13,744 nt of DNA from Fidelibacterota bacterium (GCA_046861385.1 JBHHTW010000043.1:1-13744); one strand, 5' to 3'; counted from the first letter of the stretch, positions 1-8,306 are shown. The notes: generated by a model from the sequence alone, not told the origin. Program-made: numbers and translations.

Positions 1-3
1 GTA

Positions 4-1839
4 CTACTCGACAGTAACAGATTTTGCCAAGTTTCTTGGCATGTCCACATTACATCCTTTGATTACAGCGAGATTGTACGCCAAAAGTTGTAATGGAATG
101 GATGCTAAAATAGGAAATACTCTTGGATGGCACCGAGGGATTTCAATGATATGATCAGATAATTTCGTTAAGTCTTTTGATTTCTTATCAGAAACAATAA
201 TGATTCGTGCGTTTCGTGCATGAACTTCCTGAATATTGGATAATACTTTATCATACGTTTGGTCGTGAGGTGCAATAAATACAACGGGCATATTATTATC
301 AATCAGCGCAATGGGACCATGTTTCATTTCCGCAGCCGGATAGCCTTCAGCATGAATATATGAAATTTCTTTTAGCTTTAATGCTCCTTCCAGCGCTACT
401 GGAAAATTCAAACCACGTCCAAGATAAAGAAAGTTTTCGACATCGCTAAATTGAGAAGCGATTTTTTCTATCATGGATGTATTGTTTAGGATGATTTCAA
501 CATTATGACCAATATCATTAAGGGCTTTCGCCAGCCGGATTCCTTGAAGTTTTTTTAATCCTTTTTTGCGCCCCAAGAGTAATCCAAGCATTGATAATAC
601 AGCTACTTGCGCAGTGAATGCTTTGGTGGAAGCGACCCCGATTTCCGGACCAGCATGAGTATACACACCGCAATCCGTATTCCTGGCGATTGAACTTCCG
701 ACTACATTACAGATACCTAATGTCATAGCACCTTTTTCTTTTGCTTTTTTTATGGCTGCCAACGTATCCGCCGTTTCTCCTGACTGACTAATGGCGATCA
801 TCACCGTCTCATTGTCAATGACGGTATGACGATATCGAAATTCCGATGCATATTCTACATGGACTGGTATTTCTGCATACTCTTCTAATAAATATTTTCC
901 GATGATCCCTGCGTGCCACGAAGTCCCGCAAGCGGTGATATAAAATTGATTGGCATTTTCGATTCTGGGCATATAATCCGATAATCCGCCTAAAAAGGCA
1001 GTGCCATCCTCTATTTGCAAGCGCCCGCGCATAGTATCTGTTATTGTATTTTTTTGCTCGTGGATCTCCTTGAGCATAAAATGAGGAAAATTCCCTTTTT
1101 CAATTGCTTCTAAATCATGTTCAATGGTTGTGATTTTTTTGTTTACAATTTTTTGATCAAATATTTTAGATATTCTATACCCATCTTTAAATACCGTTAC
1201 CATCTCTCCGTCATCAAGATAAACCACGCTTCTGGTATGTTCAACAATCGGTGAAGAATCGCTCGCAATGAAATATTCACCATTTCCAATGCCAAGTACC
1301 AAAGGACTACCCAAACAAGCTGCCACCATGATATCCGGCTGATCTTTACAAATGGCTACTATTCCATAGGTCCCGACAACGTCCTGTAATGCTGCCTGTA
1401 CAGCATCAGTAAAAGTCAAATTGTCTTGGTAATATATTTTAGAAATGAGTTGGACTAATACTTCTGAATCAGTTTCACTCTGAAATTGAATACCATCATG
1501 TTGTAAAATCGTCTTTATGGATTGATAATTTTCGATAATACCATTATGGATCAATGATATATTTCCTGTGTGGTCTAAATGGGGATGAGCATTCGTATCA
1601 TTGGGCTCTCCATGCGTCGCCCATCGAGTATGCCCAATCCCAACTGATCCGGATAAAACATGATCATCTATTTCGGTCTCTAAAACGCTGACTTTACCTG
1701 CACGCTTTAGGACGTTTAAATCCTCGCCAAGAATGGCAACTCCCGCAGAATCATACCCCCTATATTCCAATCGCTTTAGCCCATTAATCAAAATGGGAAC
1801 TGCATCCTTATTACCGTAATATCCTACTATTCCACACAT
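4..1839 (-). CDS. glmS: Glutamine--fructose-6-phosphate transaminase (isomerizing)
   Basis: 611 aa. N-terminal MCGIVG (Ntn-hydrolase Cys), EYRGYDSAG, HTRWATHG, HNGIIEN, SIS motif SQSGETADT and C-terminal PRNLAKSVTVE. ATG at 1839, TAG at 4-6. Confidence 0.99.
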   Translation of the reverse strand: MCGIVGYYGNKDAVPILINGLKRLEYRGYDSAGVAILGEDLNVLKRAGKVSVLETEIDDHVLSGSVGIGHTRWATHGEPNDTNAHPHLDHTGNISLIHNGIIENYQSIKTILQHDGIQFQSETDSEVLVQLISKIYYQDNLTFTDAVQAALQDVVGTYGIVAICKDQPDIMVAACLGSPLVLGIGNGEYFIASDSSPIVEHTRSVVYLDDGEMVTVFKDGYRISKIFDQKIVNKKITTIEHDLEAIEKGNFPHFMLKEIHEQKNTITDTMRGRLQIEDGTAFLGGLSDYMPRIENANQFYITACGTSWHAGIIGKYLLEEYAEIPVHVEYASEFRYRHTVIDNETVMIAISQSGETADTLAAIKKAKEKGAMTLGICNVVGSSIARNTDCGVYTHAGPEIGVASTKAFTAQVAVLSMLGLLLGRKKGLKKLQGIRLAKALNDIGHNVEIILNNTSMIEKIASQFSDVENFLYLGRGLNFPVALEGALKLKEISYIHAEGYPAAEMKHGPIALIDNNMPVVFIAPHDQTYDKVLSNIQEVHARNARIIIVSDKKSKDLTKLSDHIIEIPRCHPRVFPILASIPLQLLAYNLAVIKGCNVDMPRNLAKSVTVE

Positions 1840-1878
1840 AATTTTTCCGATTTCCTATAGTCATGTTTAATTCTCTCA

Positions 1879-1907
1879 AATCTATATTAAAAACGTAATT
1901 ATGTAAA
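1879..1907 (-). promoter_or_regulatory. Candidate sigma70-type internal promoter for glmS
   Basis: Minus strand TTTACA (1907-1902, 5/6 to TTGACA), 17-nt spacer, TAGATT (1884-1879, 4/6 to TATAAT), ending 39 nt before the glmS ATG. The AT-rich context makes a chance match possible. Confidence 0.4.
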
Positions 1908-1956
1908 ACGTAAACATTTTCTTCCATCTCACATTTCCATTTTCCATCATCCATCA
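1889..1956. repeat. Degenerate ~7-nt tandem repeats in the guaA-glmS spacer
   Basis: Minus strand reads TGATGGA TGATGGA AAATGGA AATGTGA GATGGAA (1956-1922), then TTTACGT TTTACAT A ATTACGT. An exact TTACGTTTT occurs at 1913-1905 and 1898-1890. Confidence 0.65.
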
Positions 1957-1962
1957 TTTACC

Positions 1963-3513
1963 TCATTCCCATTCAATTGTTCCGGGAGGTTTAGAGGTCA
2001 CATCGTAAACCACTCTATTAATCCCTTTCACAGAATTCACAATCCGATTTGAAATTAGAGACAATACACCCGGGGGCATTCTATACCAGTCGGCTGTCAT
2101 ACCGTCTCTGCTTGTAACAGCACGAAGTCCCAGAAGACTTTCGTATGTTCTCTGATCCCCCATCACTCCAACGGTCTTTACTGGGATGAGGATAGAAAAT
2201 GCTTGCCATATTTCATCGTATATACCTGCTTCATGCAAACTTTCGATATAAATGTGATCTGCTTCCTGAAGCGTTTTAATTCGTTCTTTTGTGATTTCAC
2301 CCATTATGCGAACAGCCAGTCCGGGGCCGGGAAAAGGATGACGATAGACTAAGGATTCCGGTAAATCTAGTTCTATCCCAACTTTCCGGACTTCGTCTTT
2401 AAATAATTCTCTTAACGGTTCAACCAGCTCAAATTCCATGTCATCCGGGAGTCCACCCACATTATGATGACTCTTGATAACCTGAGCAGTATTCCCATGA
2501 CTCACTCCGCTCTCAATTACATCAGGATAGAGTGTTCCTTGTGCCAAATAATCAATATTTCCAATCTTTTTAGATGTCTTTTCAAAGGAGCGAATAAACT
2601 CTTCACCGATAATTAACCGTTTTTTTTCTGGATCTGAAATACCTGCTAATTTCTTAAGAAATATATTCGATTCATCTACTAACTGAATATTAATACCCAG
2701 TCCAATTTTTAATGCCTCAACGCATTCTGAAGCTTCATTCTTACGTAATAGACCATGATCAATCAATACGGAATTACATTGATCACCGATAGCTTTATGC
2801 ATGAGGGCAGCAACCACTGATGAATCCACGCCACCGCTGACTCCACAAATCACATGTTTATTTCCAACTTGATTCTTTATTTTCTTGATCTGATCTTGAA
2901 TAAAATTCCCGGGAGTCCAATTGGAATTACATTCAGAAATATGAAAAAGAAAATTATGGATAATTCTTTCCCCAAATGTAGTGTGTGCAACTTCCGGGTG
3001 AAATTGAGTTGCATATCGCCTGCCATCTTCTGAACACATTGCTGCGACAATATTGTTGGACGATTCAGCCAACAATGACCATCCTTTTGGAACAGTAGTC
3101 ACTTTATCCATATGACTCATCCATACCTGGGAGCCGTCATCAACTTTGTTTAATAATTTTTCTGATTTTTTTATATGAATATTTGCAAAACCATATTCGC
3201 CATCAGTTCCCGGCTCAACGATGCCATTATATTGTAGTGCCAGCAGTTGTAATCCATAGCAAACTCCTAGAATGGGAATTGCAATATCAAATATAGCAGG
3301 GTCAAAAACAGGAGCATCTTTAGCAAACACACTGGATGGACCACCGGATAATATCATTGCCTTGGGTTTATTTGACATAATTTCTGAAACACTCACATCC
3401 GCGGGATATATAATCGAAAAAACATTTTGCTCCCGAATTCTACGGGCAATTAGTTGTGTATATTGCGACCCAAAATCAAGAATAACCACTCCTCCATGAT
3501 GAATATTGTTCAT
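1963..3513 (-). CDS. guaA: GMP synthase (glutamine-hydrolyzing)
   Basis: ILDFGSQY, LSGGP, LGVCYG (catalytic Cys), HPE, PP-loop SGGVDS, KSHHN and C-terminal KPPGTIEWE. Start moved from TTG 3525 to ATG 3513, which overlaps the surE stop (ATGA), giving 516 aa. Confidence 0.98.
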   Translation of the reverse strand: MNNIHHGGVVILDFGSQYTQLIARRIREQNVFSIIYPADVSVSEIMSNKPKAMILSGGPSSVFAKDAPVFDPAIFDIAIPILGVCYGLQLLALQYNGIVEPGTDGEYGFANIHIKKSEKLLNKVDDGSQVWMSHMDKVTTVPKGWSLLAESSNNIVAAMCSEDGRRYATQFHPEVAHTTFGERIIHNFLFHISECNSNWTPGNFIQDQIKKIKNQVGNKHVICGVSGGVDSSVVAALMHKAIGDQCNSVLIDHGLLRKNEASECVEALKIGLGINIQLVDESNIFLKKLAGISDPEKKRLIIGEEFIRSFEKTSKKIGNIDYLAQGTLYPDVIESGVSHGNTAQVIKSHHNVGGLPDDMEFELVEPLRELFKDEVRKVGIELDLPESLVYRHPFPGPGLAVRIMGEITKERIKTLQEADHIYIESLHEAGIYDEIWQAFSILIPVKTVGVMGDQRTYESLLGLRAVTSRDGMTADWYRMPPGVLSLISNRIVNSVKGINRVVYDVTSKPPGTIEWE

Positions 3514-4274
3514 GAAAATTTCCAACGCTTTAATTCATCTAAAAAATTATGATTTGTCAAACGATAATGAATAGGCGTAATACTTACGTATCCCTCTGAT
3601 ATTGCTTTTTGATCATTATCCAATTCTATATCAGGATTTATCATTTTCCCCGTCATCCAATAATAAGTATTTCCCCGTGGATCTTCTCTTTTTTCAAAAC
3701 TATCTTTGAAAGCCGCGTTCCCCTGTTGTGTAATTTTATAGCCTTTAATTTCATTTTCAGGGATTGCAGGTACATTCACATTTAATAGAGTTTTCTTCGA
3801 CAATCCCTTTTCCAGCACTTTTAAAACAACGGTCTTTGCCACTGTTTGGGCGCCTTGGAAATTTCTGTCTTCAAAAGAATTTAAACTGATTGCAACGGAG
3901 GGAATATCCATCATCGTACCTTCAGTAGCTGCAGAAATCGTACCTGAATAGATAATATTATTTCCTGTATTTGATCCATGGTTGATCCCGGAAACAACTA
4001 CATCCGGTTTTTCGATCAGGAGAGCTTGAATTCCAATTTTAATACAATCGGAAGGTGTTCCATCTACCGCAAAACCGGAAAAGCCATCCGATCGTTTTAC
4101 TTCTTTAACTCGTAAAGGATCACTAACGGTGATAGCATGTCCAACTGCAGATTGTTCACGATTTGGTGCAATGACGGTAACATTTCCAATTTCTGACATT
4201 GCATTCCATAATGCTTTTATTCCAGAAGCGTATATTCCATCGTCATTTGTAACCAGTATTTTTGGATGGTTCAT
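3510..4274 (-). CDS. surE: 5'/3'-nucleotidase SurE
   Basis: 254 aa. ILVTNDDG, QSAVGH, DGTPSDC, SGINHGSN, YSGT, DPRGNTYYW and GYVSITP motifs. ATG overlaps the accD TGA (ATGA at 4274-4271). Confidence 0.97.
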   Translation of the reverse strand: MNHPKILVTNDDGIYASGIKALWNAMSEIGNVTVIAPNREQSAVGHAITVSDPLRVKEVKRSDGFSGFAVDGTPSDCIKIGIQALLIEKPDVVVSGINHGSNTGNNIIYSGTISAATEGTMMDIPSVAISLNSFEDRNFQGAQTVAKTVVLKVLEKGLSKKTLLNVNVPAIPENEIKGYKITQQGNAAFKDSFEKREDPRGNTYYWMTGKMINPDIELDNDQKAISEGYVSITPIHYRLTNHNFLDELKRWKFS

Positions 4275-5107
4275 GTTAACATTTGAATCAGGTTGGATAA
4301 AGTATTTTTCATTTCTTCCCGTGGGACAATATGATCCACAAACCCTTTTTCTAATAAAAATTCTGCTCGTTGGAATCCATCAGGTAAATCCTGACCTATC
4401 GTTTGTTTGATCACTCGAGGACCAGCAAAACCGATTAACGCACCCGGTTCTGCCAAAATAATATCCCCAAGCATTCCATAACTTGCCGTCACGCCGCCTG
4501 TGGTGGGATCTGTCAGAACAGGGATATACAAACCACCATCATCAGAAAATCGAGCCAGCCTGGAACTGGTCTTTGCCAACTGCATGAGCGAGAGGGCTCC
4601 TTCCTGCATACGGGCTCCACCGGAAGCGCAAATAATAATTAACGGTAGTTTATGATCGCGGGCGTAATCGATGGCTCTGGAGACTTTTTCACCAACTACC
4701 GACCCCATACTTCCACCAATAAAACCAAAATTCATAATTGCCAATACAACCCCATGCCCATCGAGGGAGCCAGTATAACTAATGACAGCATCTTTTTGCT
4801 GTGTTTTTTCCTGGGCTGTTTTGATTTGATCGGTGTACTTTTTTTGGGCTTTGAATTTTAGAGGGTCCGCTGAAATTAGTTCGCTAAATAATTCGGTGGC
4901 TGAACCGGAGTCCAGCAATAAGTCGAAGTATAATCTTGAATTGACTCGAAAATGAAACCCGCAATGGCGGCAAACTGAATGGTTTTTTTCTAATTCCGGT
5001 TTGTATAGGATATCCTTGCACGAGGGGCACTTTTCCCATAAGCCGTCTGGGATTGTTTTTTTTGTTGTTCCTTTTATTTTTTCGTCTTTTCGTTTAAACC
5101 ATACCAT
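4271..5107 (-). CDS. accD: Acetyl-CoA carboxylase carboxyltransferase beta subunit
   Basis: 278 aa. PDGLWEKCPSC...CRHC zinc finger, FIGGSMGSVVGEK, SGGARMQEG, PTTGGVTAS, IGFAGPRVI and FQRAEFLLEKG. GGGGG SD-like run 9 nt upstream. Confidence 0.98.
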   Translation of the reverse strand: MVWFKRKDEKIKGTTKKTIPDGLWEKCPSCKDILYKPELEKNHSVCRHCGFHFRVNSRLYFDLLLDSGSATELFSELISADPLKFKAQKKYTDQIKTAQEKTQQKDAVISYTGSLDGHGVVLAIMNFGFIGGSMGSVVGEKVSRAIDYARDHKLPLIIICASGGARMQEGALSLMQLAKTSSRLARFSDDGGLYIPVLTDPTTGGVTASYGMLGDIILAEPGALIGFAGPRVIKQTIGQDLPDGFQRAEFLLEKGFVDHIVPREEMKNTLSNLIQMLT

Positions 5108-5534
5108 ATGTTTCTACCCCCCGATGCATCACGAGTGCATTTTCTCCATCAGAATAATATCTCTCTCGTAAATCGATATCCTCGAAGTTAAAATCCCTAT
5201 ATAATTTTCTTGCTTGTAAATTGGATTCCCGCACCTCTAAAAATATATCTGTTTCCTTACCCAGTTCAGCCAAAGTATATTTTAATAGTTTTTTACCAAA
5301 CCCTCTGCATTGATACGGTATATCAATTGCAATATTTAATATGTGTGCTTCATTCTGAACTTTTTGAATCATAATGTATCCGATAATATCATTTTTCTCG
5401 ATTACATTGACCATTTTACCTGATAACTGCTTTAATTCATAAGATATTTGGTCTCTGGTCCAGGGTTCATCAAAAACCCTGTTTTCAATGTTGACAATAC
5501 TGTCCAGATCTCCCATTTCGGCTTGTCTGATCAT
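5094..5534 (-). CDS. rimI: Ribosomal protein S18-alanine N-acetyltransferase (GNAT)
   Basis: F-x-x-PW, EAHILNIAI, acetyl-CoA motif QCRGFG, FLEVRESN..A..LY and RERYYSDGENALVM. Start moved from TTG 5552 to ATG 5534, 1 nt after the tsaB TAA, giving 146 aa. Confidence 0.92.
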   Translation of the reverse strand: MIRQAEMGDLDSIVNIENRVFDEPWTRDQISYELKQLSGKMVNVIEKNDIIGYIMIQKVQNEAHILNIAIDIPYQCRGFGKKLLKYTLAELGKETDIFLEVRESNLQARKLYRDFNFEDIDLRERYYSDGENALVMHRGVETYGMV

Positions 5535-5535
5535 G

Positions 5536-6150
5536 TTATTTACTGAATTCAAATTGTGCTATGTAATTTGGAATCAATTTCTGCGGATCAATCTGAACCC
5601 ATTCATCATAGTACTCACTAGCACATTTTAGAATATATTTTGCAGACGCAGCGATAGGTTGTTTTTTAATATAATTTTCACAATTAATTTGAAAAATGCT
5701 TTCCTTATCCAAGACCTCTTTCAGCTGATCCCAAGTCGAAATTGATGCATTATTGATTGGTTTATTTTTTGAACTAAACTTCTGATGGTAAATTAAATTT
5801 CTATGGGAATATAAAAGAACATTAAAACTATTTTGACTCATACATCCTTGTGCAACTCCTTCCAGGGTTGGGACAGGAATTATAGGTAGATTGTTGCTAT
5901 AAGCCAATCCCTTACTATAACTTAACCCGATTCGGAGCCCGGTAAAAGACCCTGGACCTATTGAGACAGCAATTCCATCTAAATCAGATAAATCAAGCCT
6001 TTGTTCATTCAGGATAGTTTGAAAAAAAGATGGCAGTTTTTTCGCATGTTGCCGAGGAATATTTTCTTCATATAATGCGGCAACTTGGTTATCTAGCATT
6101 AAAGCCATGCTGCAAACATCAGTTGCGGTTTCGACAGCCAATAAATTCAA
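5536..6150 (-). CDS. tsaB: tRNA threonylcarbamoyladenosine (t6A) biosynthesis protein TsaB
   Basis: 204 aa. LLAVETAT..CS, signature IAVSIGPGSFTGLRIG, VPTLE and terminal P-x-Y. TTG start overlaps the tsaE TGA (TTGA at 6150-6147), with a G-rich SD-like stretch upstream. Confidence 0.95.
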   Translation of the reverse strand: MNLLAVETATDVCSMALMLDNQVAALYEENIPRQHAKKLPSFFQTILNEQRLDLSDLDGIAVSIGPGSFTGLRIGLSYSKGLAYSNNLPIIPVPTLEGVAQGCMSQNSFNVLLYSHRNLIYHQKFSSKNKPINNASISTWDQLKEVLDKESIFQINCENYIKKQPIAASAKYILKCASEYYDEWVQIDPQKLIPNYIAQFEFSK

Positions 6151-6587
6151 AACCCCAACCCTTCGATTGTTAATTCCCTTTTATCATCATTATCTTTGAG
6201 TCTTTGAAAATGTAATTTGACGCAGTTATCGGGTAGAATATTCACAATATTTTCAGACCATTCAATTACAGTGATGCCTTCAGTTGGATCAAGATAATTT
6301 TCACCGCCGATTTTCATAAATTCAGATTCATTTTCCAACCGATAACAATCGATGTGGTATAATTTCAATTCAGCTCCTTCGTATTCACTGATGAGCTTGA
6401 ATGTTGGTGAACCTACAATATCCTGGACACCCAATCCTTTCGCGAATCCTTGAGTAAACGTTGTCTTGCCGGAACCTAATTCCCCGGTCATGGCGATAAC
6501 GGTACCTGCCGGTAACAGTGAAGCCAATTTTTGCGCAAATGTGTGAGTGGTGTTCACATTATTTAAATTTACTTTTATTTTGGACAT
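6147..6587 (-). CDS. tsaE: tRNA t6A biosynthesis ATPase TsaE
   Basis: 146 aa. Walker A GELGSGKT, SPTF, YHIDCYRL and VIEW. Confidence 0.97.
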   Translation of the reverse strand: MSKIKVNLNNVNTTHTFAQKLASLLPAGTVIAMTGELGSGKTTFTQGFAKGLGVQDIVGSPTFKLISEYEGAELKLYHIDCYRLENESEFMKIGGENYLDPTEGITVIEWSENIVNILPDNCVKLHFQRLKDNDDKRELTIEGLGF

Positions 6588-6594
6588 TAGTTTG

Positions 6595-8151
6595 CTATTT
6601 ACTCCTAAGTGTGACTACCGGTACCATCATTTCTTCCAACGAAATACCTCCATGCTGAAAGCTGCCTTTTAAACGCTCTTCATATTTATGCTGTTGGTTA
6701 GGATAAAGGAAAAAGACATCTTCTTTGGCGATCAAATAAGTGGTTTGATGCATAAGTTCTACCAACCGATAATCAGATGGACGGCGAATAATTAAAGCAT
6801 GTTTTTTGTTTGTATTCAAATTTCGGCCAATCTTATAACGAACACCGGAGGATGATTCTTTATCTGCGCCGACTAATACACCTCTATTGACAATTGTACT
6901 CCCATGATCGCTTGTGAGAATAACCGTAAACCCACTTTTGCTTAAATCACGTAATAGTGCATATAACCATGAATGTTCAAACCAGGTTTTGATTGCAGTT
7001 CGATATCCTGATTCATTAGGGAGCATTTCCATCAAAACTTCCGATTCGGCGCGATAATGTGCTAACATGTCAACAAAGTTGACCACTATAGCGAGAAAAT
7101 CTATATTTTTTATTTCAGAAAAATGCGATTGAAATTTCTTACCATAATCCGGTGTATTAATTTTTTCATATCGCATTCTTTTGTTTTCGTAACCGCTTTT
7201 ATTTAAGATCGTCCTCAACATTTTTTCTTCATGCTGATTGACGGTATTTGCATGACGTTTCATATCTTTAAGCTGATCCGGGAATTTTTTTACAAATTCA
7301 TCGGGGAATAATCCAGAGAAAATTGCATTACGACTAAAAGGTGTTGCGGTTGGTAAAAGTGAAAAGTGATAATCAATTTTTATATCGTAATAGGGATTAA
7401 GAAACTCTTGAATGACCATAAATTGATCGTAACGAAGTGCATCTATCACCAATAAACATGTTTTTTTATCATGATTGATTTCCGGTTTAATAAATCGATC
7501 GAACACATCATTTGATAGGGCAGGCCGTTCTCCACTAAATAACCAATCTTTATAATTTGACTCGATGAATTTGACAAACTCATTGTTTGCAGTTTGAATT
7601 TGTTCTTCAAGGATGTCATCTAAGCTGATATCCGGATGTTCATCAAACTCCAATTGCCATTTCACTAATCGTGTATAAATATCCCACCATTCATCTGCAT
7701 TCTGCTCTTCCTGAAGTTGAAACTGGATCTTTTGAAATTCCTTTAAATAACCGCTCGCGGCATGTTCCTCCCGAATTTTTGATTGTTCAAGAATCTGTTT
7801 ACACGCCATAAATATTTGAGTCGGATTAACCGGTTTAATGAGAAATTGAATGACTTTCTCGGAGATGGCTTCATCCATTAGGTCTTCTTCTTCGCTCTTG
7901 GTAATAAAAATAATCGGTAAGGCGGGTTTTATTTCCTTGATTCCCCTCAGAGTTTTCATCCCATCCATACCGGGCATAAAATGATCAAGAAGTACCAGAT
8001 CGAAGGATTCCTGACCGACAATAGTTATGGCGTCGGAGCCATTCGTTAATGTGGTTAATTGATAACCTTTTTCTTCTAAAAAAAGGATATGGGGTCTTAG
8101 ATGGTCGATTTCATCATCGACCCATAGGATTTTTCCGCGAATATCAGTCAT
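6595..8151 (-). CDS. porX: PorX-like response regulator (receiver domain + PglZ/alkaline-phosphatase-superfamily domain)
   Basis: 518 aa. Receiver residues D12-D13, D56, T84 and K106-P. PglZ-type motifs IDALRYDQ, LPTATPFSRNAIFSG, NFVDMLAH, TSDHG and FQHGGIS. Sits directly upstream of tsaE, as in Bacteroidota. Confidence 0.9.
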   Translation of the reverse strand: MTDIRGKILWVDDEIDHLRPHILFLEEKGYQLTTLTNGSDAITIVGQESFDLVLLDHFMPGMDGMKTLRGIKEIKPALPIIFITKSEEEDLMDEAISEKVIQFLIKPVNPTQIFMACKQILEQSKIREEHAASGYLKEFQKIQFQLQEEQNADEWWDIYTRLVKWQLEFDEHPDISLDDILEEQIQTANNEFVKFIESNYKDWLFSGERPALSNDVFDRFIKPEINHDKKTCLLVIDALRYDQFMVIQEFLNPYYDIKIDYHFSLLPTATPFSRNAIFSGLFPDEFVKKFPDQLKDMKRHANTVNQHEEKMLRTILNKSGYENKRMRYEKINTPDYGKKFQSHFSEIKNIDFLAIVVNFVDMLAHYRAESEVLMEMLPNESGYRTAIKTWFEHSWLYALLRDLSKSGFTVILTSDHGSTIVNRGVLVGADKESSSGVRYKIGRNLNTNKKHALIIRRPSDYRLVELMHQTTYLIAKEDVFFLYPNQQHKYEERLKGSFQHGGISLEEMMVPVVTLRSK

Positions 8152-8162
8152 AATAGGGCAGG

Positions 8163-8190
8163 AAATTACCGCCTATAAATGGTGTCTGAA
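8163..8190 (-). promoter_or_regulatory. Candidate promoter for the porX-guaA operon
   Basis: Minus strand TTCAGA (8190-8185), 16-nt spacer, TAATTT (8168-8163), 11 nt before the porX ATG. No SD between them. Confidence 0.35.
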
Positions 8191-8292
8191 ATGGTTTATG
8201 ATTGAAATTGGATTCACTGATAATAAAACTAAATAATTGAAATTTATTACTTATTTGAGAGCTTTACAAAACACCCTATTTTATTTTCTATT

Positions 8293-8306
8293 AGGAAGCA
8301 CTTCCT
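8293..8306. repeat. Short perfect inverted repeat AGGAAG-N2-CTTCCT at the stop codon of the large gene
   Basis: Plus strand AGGAAG CA CTTCCT. No U-tract follows on the coding strand, so it is not called a terminator. Confidence 0.5.

Noticed and set aside
1889-1956. CRISPR array or IS end in the spacer repeats
   Set aside because: The units are about 7 nt with no spacers, and there are no cas or transposase genes or target-site duplications.
1840-1962. glmS ribozyme upstream of glmS
   Set aside because: The conserved AGCGCC cleavage-site core and GACGAGG segment are absent, and the spacer is very AT-rich.
3272-3499. 75-aa plus-strand ORF
   Set aside because: Antisense shadow of guaA with no recognisable motifs.
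3514-3600. Purine riboswitch upstream of guaA
   Set aside because: guaA overlaps the surE stop codon, so there is no leader, and no aptamer-like pattern is visible.
4129-4410. 93-aa plus-strand ORF
   Set aside because: Antisense to surE and accD, with no recognisable motifs.
4652-4861. 69-aa plus-strand ORF
   Set aside because: Antisense to the conserved core of accD.
6595-8151. BREX/Pgl phage-defence system
   Set aside because: The PglZ domain is fused to a receiver domain (PorX architecture), and no brxC, pglX or brxL is present among the housekeeping neighbours.
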